A DNA stretch of 52,003 bases, filler included, from Dimargaris cristalligena (Eukaryota): assembly GCA_003614675.1 (NCBI GenBank). It is 2 parts of 2 records of this genome, joined end to end, with 100 filler letters (N's around TTAATTAATTAA, not from the genome) between each part and the next. Parts side by side here need not be neighbours in the genome. Positions count along the whole stretch, not along the records: positions 26,054 to 52,003 come from ML002551.1; 1 more part is not named here. The stretch is one strand, 5' to 3'. Numbering within the stretch: position 1 is the first letter of the stretch; every line of letters starts with the position of its first letter. Below, in pieces: positions 44,572 through 52,003 of the stretch. The notes beneath the pieces are model-generated. The model saw only the letters and a list, made by a program, of their open reading frames with translations. It was not told where the DNA came from and made no database searches. A program made the position numbers and the translations under genes.

Positions 44572-47500
44572 AAAATAAAACAGAGAAGAGAAGAGGGATC
44601 TTGACAACGTAAATTAACCAAGCGGCTGCTATCCCCTCCCTGTGAATTTACAAGTTTTACCCCGCCCGACCTCCTGCCATTCTGTTAAGTATTAATTGTT
44701 TTTTTATATCTGTCTTTTAATCAAGCCGTCCGTCATCTTGCCTACCACCCCCGTTTATGAAATAATAGTAGGCTTTAAACTATTTGGCACAAGTAATAAA
44801 GTGTTAAAGTCATATACATCGGGATTGTGAGTTACTTGAAGCGGGTATGAGTGGCCTAGACCCCCTACCTATAAAATAACTTAGTGGGCGGTAGAAACTC
44901 TTCCGCTGGAAGGTACTTAACCCTGGTTATTTACACCATTAAATACGTCCTAGGATTGCCCAGGTACGATATTAGGTTACTATGTACGTGTCGACTCAGT
45001 TATGGAAATGTATAGGGGGTTTGATTACAGGGTTATAGAGGCCCATCAACTTAGTTGGGGTTGAAATGCAATAGTGTGCGTCGAGTATTTTTCCAACCCC
45101 TTTATGGTTTAATTAGCTGTTCAGTGGGCAAGGGCAGGACGCCCCGGTCAGGCTTAGGCTGTCAGGCAGGATCCTCAGAGTGTGAACTGGCTGGTTAGGG
45201 CCCAACACCTATAGTGGCGATATAATTTAAACCCAGCTAATTGACGATGGCTCATAAATTCATGCACGGCTAACTGAAGTGGTTCAAACCAGGGCTGCCA
45301 ATGGTATTGACTGTATGAAGGACAGGATTCAAATGATCGTAGCCTACCTAACACACTATGCCTCAGTGTTTACACACCCCCTAACCTTACCCTACCCTAC
45401 TCCTCCACGGTGTATTCTCACTAGCACAGTTGCTCATATACGTTAAGCCTGATCAACACTCCCCAAGCACTGTTGTGGGGAATGACTTGGTCCATGTAGG
45501 CACCTGTTCGAATTCAGTTGTCAAATCAGAGAGAGCCCCTTAACCCAAAGGGCATAGTTCTCGGTACCCCAGCCGTAGTTAAAATAGCCGGAAAATTTCG
45601 AAAGCCCATACTGAATAACATATTGGTGAGCTATCAAGTAATTTGCCCTCACCAACTTGTAACTGGGAGTTCATTTAAGGGGGTTTTGGTCATTGTTATC
45701 CATAGGGATTATAGGTCCACCCTATTATTCGGCGCATTTGGGCTATGACAACCCCGCCGTACATCATATTCGCCTTTATTTTTACTACTATATTTATAAT
45801 TCTAGCCCCCACCCCCAGCTGGTCTAGTTGAGATGCCATCTAGATCAGCAGCCTTCATTTAGCTAGTCTAACGGGACTCGGTCCGTCTTCAGGCCAGCTA
45901 AGTTCTCTGGAGCCCACTCAACTATGAACTAGATGTCATAGCTGGTCTGCTGATACGGATAACAGTCTGTTATCCCCAAATATATGAAGTTACTACCTCT
46001 GCCGCTTAGCCGCCAATCTGGGAACGACTGCATTTGGGAAGGTGATGTTCTTCTGGACTATCGATATCGGGTATAGGTTGACCCGACACGCAATTGAGCC
46101 GTGTAGGCTACCTCCACTACACCTTCTACAACCCCTATACGTACACCAACAACGACATTAGCATATTTAACTACGCAACCTAACCCGCCGATTACAACGA
46201 TCGCGCCGGCGACCTGGGCGTATTTTACTACTGCTACTAATTGGGCGTTTACTAAGATCTCCGCAGAAGTCAGTACAATTGCCCCAGTTATTCCCATTAG
46301 GTTAACCATAACAGCTGCCGTGTCCCATATCGCCGCGTAAGTTATTTTGGTGGAAGGGTCAACCAATTAAGCGATGTTGTATACCTGAGTTCTTTGATTA
46401 TGTGCCATAACTTTAAAGCCATGGCGAAGAAAGGTTCGAAACGAAACTCCTCAATTGTTGGTCCTCGTTTTCTTCAACAAGGTATACCTTTAGAGTGGAC
46501 AAGTGTAATGAGTATTGTCAGCAAATAGCAACTCGTAGAATAAAACGAAATATTCATCAGAAATCAGGACGAAAGTAAATGAAGGTACCGTAATACCAAG
46601 AACATGAATCTAAAATAGATGATCTTAATTCATTCGCTCCAAGTTGGACTATGTCAACTTAACCTTGACTGATAATTAAATGGTGAATTGTTCAATATTG
46701 AATACTTCAGGAAAATTACCATGGCATTTGCTGAGTAATACGATAGTAAGGGAGTCGATCCTTTTGGGACTATTGGCTAGTTTACCAATCTGGAAGCCAA
46801 ATAGTGCTTTATAGTTCATAAAGCGGCAATATCTACATTAGTGTATTGGTATAGTCACAATGGTCCGAGTAATAAGCTATCCTAAAATAAAGTTCGTAAA
46901 AACGACTAGACTAATCAAATGAAAGTAGCAAATATGGCGCACTGGAGAGTGCAGTCTCCCTGGGTTGATATAGCGCCCAGTTAATATAATCCAACATACC
47001 TTAATAAGGAAATATCCCGTCCAGCGGCTATTTATTACACATAACGGTAGACCAGGCAATCACAATGCTCTTAAAAAGCTAGTAATTGCTAAATAGCATA
47101 TCTAACACACCCCAAATTAAATACCTAAAATTGGCCTGAACGTCCGTTTTGCATCGGTCAATTGCACTAAATACAATATTCGCCCCTCCCCCAACACGGC
47201 CAACCCAAGTAGACCTCCGAATAAAGGGGTGTAATAACTATTTTCTTTTTAACCGCACAGTGGTGACAGGTGTGAGGGCGAGGCCTCCCCATCCACTCCC
47301 GGAAGACCATCATTCCTTACGGACGCCAGGTGCAACTGCCTCACTCTGTATGTACCCCAACTTTGAACAAAATGGATTCATGGATTTTGGGCAAGGTCAT
47401 TATCCATTTTTACCTCGCTCCCTCGGTTCGTGGGGTGTATCTACCCGTTCCACTTGTTCTGGCTCTTTCACCTATCTATCTGATTCCTCTTCTTCTAAAC

Positions 47501-48130
47501 GAATACCTTAACTATTGCTTCACTAGGGGGAAAGTAATCCTAGGTCCCCCATCTTTCTTAGAACCACCGTTTCGGTTGGGTATTTGGCATGATCAACGCT
47601 TAGCGAGCTACTGTGGGGAGAGTGAGTTCTAACTAATGGGGGTCTTGGATCATCTCTTCAGGACTATAGACAGTAGGGTTGTCCATAGTCCTGTCTTACC
47701 GAGGCATGTGTGGAGATGCTTAAGAATGATAACAATCATATACCGGTAAGATTGCCAAGCGAGTAAATTGGCGGCCATCGCTTGGGGGTGCGCGCTCTTA
47801 GTTCCTGCCACCACTGCCAAAACCGGAACCCCTAAATCTTTTTAATACGACTAGACTAGGCAATTTCCCCGAAAATCTCTCAAAGCCCATCGATTCCTAG
47901 ACATCGGAAATTCCGCCAATAACCAGCGGAATCCCAGTAGTAGGTTATGTTGCCATATAAAACCGTTGGTGTTTTCTCTTGGTCCAGACCAAGTTGCCAA
48001 AGGTCTTTCGGTTCGCAATCTTGACAGTATTACTCGACTGCCTTCATATTTGATTACATTCCCTTGGTTCCCTTACTTACGCGTATTGCCCCCGGATTCT
48101 ATTCGTCTGCCCACTGAGCGAACAGTCATC

Positions 48131-48715
48131 ATGCGCACTTTCGTCACGCTACTCACCGTCCTGCTCCCTCTGGCAGCTCTGGTTCGAGCTATACCGAGCC
48201 TATTTCCTCTTGGGCCCATCGTGCAACGGGATGTCGTAAACCTCGCCCCCCGCGCCCATCCGATCGAAGCATGCCGGTTCATGTGTGGCGACGATTATGA
48301 GGTCATCGACCCCGTGTGGACTACCCGAACCTACCAGAACACCGAAACCAGAACCAATTTCGAAACCGTTATTCAAACCGAAATGGCTGATTTGGAAACG
48401 ACATTAATCACCACCGAGGTTGCGACAGTATATACTACGGTGGGATACCCGGTGACTACAACCGTGGTGGGTACGACACCGACGGCCACGGCCACCGTCA
48501 CTGCATCGAACGCCCAAACAACCACTGTCACCTCTACAGTGACCGCAACTAAAACTCAAGCCACTGTATTGACGTCGGTCGTTACGGCAACATCCACCAA
48601 TGTGGTCCCTGTCACTGTGGTAACTACTCGTACTATCACATCCACCAGTACCGTCACTCCCAGGACAAGGGTGACCACCACCACTACTGCCACTGTAACA
48701 AAGACTGCGGCCTAA
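48131..48715 (+). CDS. Secreted Thr-rich protein with N-terminal C-x3-C motif, 194 aa; paralogue of 43984..44571
   Basis: The likely start is atcATG 48131, not the ORF-track TTG at 47966. MRTFVTLLTVLLPLAALVRA signal, ACRFMCG..IDP, Thr/Val-rich body. TATAAAA at ~47957. Confidence 0.85.
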   Translation: MRTFVTLLTVLLPLAALVRAIPSLFPLGPIVQRDVVNLAPRAHPIEACRFMCGDDYEVIDPVWTTRTYQNTETRTNFETVIQTEMADLETTLITTEVATVYTTVGYPVTTTVVGTTPTATATVTASNAQTTTVTSTVTATKTQATVLTSVVTATSTNVVPVTVVTTRTITSTSTVTPRTRVTTTTTATVTKTAA

Positions 48716-51700
48716 TTATGTTATACACCATGTTCCCTGCAAACCCACCATTCCTTTTGCCATTCATCTGGGCTTACTCGACCTGGTCAAAATTACTTCT
48801 GGACAATGGTTAATTCTTTTTGTATTTCTTTACTTGATCAAACAATAATACTTTTCACTTTTCTCCAATAGAGTTGTTGTTAGCCGTATATAGTTACCAA
48901 TGGGGTGAAAGAGCATCTTAGAAGATCTATTTACTTGTCAGAGACAAAGCCACCTTTAACATACGGATACAGAGGGGAGGGGCCTATTAGCTGATTATAG
49001 AGTTGCCTACAAGTGTCGCCCTCAAAGTGAAACCTCAATTGATTTACCAGCATTCCAAACATTTCCCATCGTTGTTGACGCTTGTACATCCAAAATCACT
49101 TTTAACCCGAATAATAGTCTGAAACTACCTATTTATCCTACATTAAGTTCAGCCAATACTTGCCTAAATCTTTCCAACCAGGCGGTGACAGACGCCCAAC
49201 TTAATCGGTTCATATACAATCAAGGTTATATTTACTAGTCCAAATCTCCTGGATGTCCGCCTCTACGCCTCTACGCTGCTAACCTGATAATCTAGATGTA
49301 TTGAACGCTTCCCAGCCTCAATGAAATATTGCAGCTTCAGTTGCCCGTATCACGCTCTAGTACAATACCCAACTCTATAATCACATTAGTATTGACAACT
49401 GTTCTAGTCCAACTGAGTCGGTGCCAAACTGGTAAGCTGGATTTTGTTTTAATCATTCACTACCCTAGCACCATACCCAGGTTCACTGGATAGGAACTAA
49501 CTAGGGTGGGGATGGCTCCCAGTCGGGGTTTACCAACATTAAGGGGGGCGATATAAATGAATACACCGCAGCACATAATACTAACTTGGGGTGTTATCTA
49601 AGCATAGTAGAGGGCAAACTCTGGTGGATACCATGCGGTGCCCTAATGCCTTAACGGGAACCGAAAATCTCCTTAGAGTAATGTTGAAAACTGGTGAAAA
49701 TAGTCGTCAAGTGCTGCCGGAAAGTTTTATAAATGATTATCATGGTGCCAGGTGCAACCATGGGAGGAGTGCTATGGTATAAGTATACTCAATTGGTTAT
49801 CGCATTTAAGACAGGGTGGCTGGCTGTAATAGCGCAGATTACCCTGCTCTACAGCCATTTTGTCTTTTAATTTTATCCAAGGCTTTCATATTTCCGAGTT
49901 GTCCTCATCATCAGACCAAGAGGGGAGGGAATCATTCGGTTAGCCAATGTTTTATTTAAAAAATATAAAATCAATCAATATGGCCAAGTCCCTGAATGTG
50001 GTTGGATGGGTATTCTTATCATTCCCAGGCTGTCTATCCCTTCAAGGTACTTGCACCTGGGAACTATAAATTGGCTTACGAGAGACGAGGCCTCCACATA
50101 TACTGAGTCGAAGGAATTGTCTCTAATTACTTGACCGAGTCTTCCGTTTATGGATGTGGGTGAAATTCGGCCCAGCTATATAAGGGTTTGCATTATACGT
50201 GGATGGGAAAATATATGGGAAATGTATTTTTAACTAGTAATATTGGCCGAATCTAATGGATTTTTCGTTATACAGCTTGGATGAACTTCTCCCATGTGCT
50301 GATTCATTTATTATCTTAAATACATATATTTCCAATTGCAAATGGCTGGCCGGCTTGGTTCTATGACAGTTTATTGACTAAGGGTTTCGATCGAAGGTTA
50401 TTATGTCTCGGAGTGTCCCATTTGCTTCGTATTATACCCAATTTCCAAACGAGAATTCCTCCAACACCCTTGGCACTTAGGGATTTGGCGACTGGTGTAA
50501 ACTCCCGGCTGGGGCATGCAGCAACCCTACCCTGTGGCATTGATCACAGCTGTATTGGATTTCCGGGTTCCACAGATACACCAACCGGTGTATCCAAGGG
50601 TTGGTATAGGCACCAGTTTAAACTTTATCGTTTAGCACATGGGAATCGATAAGTTCCTACTCAGCAAACACGGAAATTGGTAAGGACCAATGTCAGTCTG
50701 GGTTGGGTAATCCGTTCACACCACGTAGGCAGGTAGGATAACTAAAACCGTTACTTTATAGGAGGGGTTTGTAAGCGTGTACATCAAAACCATGCTGAAC
50801 TAAGTTTATACCACCGTTTCAGTGGCTGGCAACTATAATAACCATTCCCTAGGCTCCTTGGCACTTGCTGAAGCTATTCGAAGACTGTTAAGGGGGCCAC
50901 TGTTTCTTGCGGCATGCTTGGTAATTATTTGGCAGCAGAGATGATTCGCAACATATCGTTTAATTCGCCCGCCGCCAGGCCCCAATAGAAGGGCGATGGT
51001 AGGTTAACTTTGGCCGCCGATTGGAGGGTCGGCGTTCCGTTGAATGCCAATTTCCTTTTTTTCAGATCGCCCCTATGCGAACTGAATATGATAGGTCGCG
51101 ATGGCCTAACCAATCCAGCCGAACCATCCTCGTGCAATCTATAGGTCTCCCCTGCCCTAAGTAATTACCACCGCTGCGAATACCACCAACCACCGGCTAT
51201 ATAACCTGATCGACCCTGTTTAACCCACTTGGGGTATAATTTCCCATACGTGCCTGTGCCCGAAATATCTATTAAGATGCCAATGAGCGGTTAGCATATT
51301 CCAGGGGCCCACTGGGGTTCGATTCTATTCGGGTATACTGCCGTTCATACGAGTGCAGCTACCCCTACCTAACTGGACAAACATACATTAAGCACAGGGC
51401 CGCTACGCAAAATAAAACATGCCCCCCCTTCCCTTCAGCGTACGCCACCTCTGCCCCATGACATTCGAACCAGTTGCCTAGAGCCATTCACGCGCAATGT
51501 GTAAATTGAAAACCCAACTTGCGCAATATTTTGGCGGGGGATGTGTTGAATCAGTTTAACCAATTGGACCAAGATAACATAGCCAGGGGTTCCCTTTGGC
51601 AGACTCGATGATGTGTGGGAAGCGACAGGCTCATGAGCCTCATGGAGCAGACTCGGGCTAAAACACCAGTTACGGGTCCCGGAGGAATACGTAAGAACAC

Positions 51701-51938
51701 GACAGGAAATACCGACATGGACTTACTTGGCCTAGCTATTCTATGTATGATTGGGGTTGGCTATTGCATTGTAAATGTCAGGCGGAGAAACCTTCCCACA
51801 CCCACCCTTTGCGGGGCGCTTAGTGGATTGTTAAATGTCAGGAACAGGCGGGCTTAATGATACTCCGCGAGGAAATACTGGAAAGAGCAGCTAATAGAAC
51901 TCCGCGGGTACTGTTTGACCGGTTCACTAAAATGGTCA

Positions 51939-51946
51939 TATAAATA
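51939..51946 (+). promoter_or_regulatory. TATA-like element, probably of a gene starting beyond the window end
   Basis: TATAAATA followed by a C/T-rich leader, the same layout as upstream of the secreted-protein genes at 8439 and 22794. Confidence 0.35.
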
Positions 51947-52003
51947 CCAACCCCCTCCCCTTCCATTATTCATACATCACTTAACTATACCACCTAATTC
52001 CCC

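Noticed and set aside
45980-46370. Coding-like stretch (Thr/Pro-rich in one plus frame, Tyr/Asn-rich in another) between the two Thr-rich paralogues
   Set aside because: Plus frames are interrupted by stops and lack the signal peptide and C-x3-C head. It could be a decayed gene but cannot be supported.
47659-47693. Isolated hairpin CAGGACTAT...ATAGTCCTG
   Set aside because: A single short stem with no second copy, target-site duplication or RNA family motif seen.
51275-51345. GAGCGGTTAG...GGTTCGATTC tRNA-like A/B box pattern
   Set aside because: The T-stem and acceptor stem do not pair; no cloverleaf.

Overview
Fungal genomic DNA: spliceosomal GT-AG introns, a three-domain fungal Trl1 tRNA ligase, RNA Pol III and fibrillarin. 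An early-diverging lineage such as Zoopagomycota is my impression only. The window is two ~26 kb pieces joined at 25954-26053 by an artificial 44N-TTAATTAATTAA-44N linker, so linkage across the middle is not evidence of anything. Left piece: TRL1, a CpG-depleted tract, a secreted bacterial-type 3D (MltA-like) domain protein, RPC1, a 3-exon polo kinase, a small secreted protein and the 5' part of RFC1. Right piece: the 5' part of MET17, 6-exon AOS1, two 8-Cys GPI-type paralogues flanking cytosolic AspRS, a 4-exon gene that the ORF track shows only as fragments and that resembles SWSAP1/Shu-complex RAD51 paralogues, NOP1, and two paralogous secreted Thr-rich proteins. The most notable observations are the 3D-domain protein, the SWSAP1-like gene, a mitochondrial-presequence-like extension on Trl1, and fold-back stems in most of the introns examined. 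All gene models and alignments were done by eye, without database searches.
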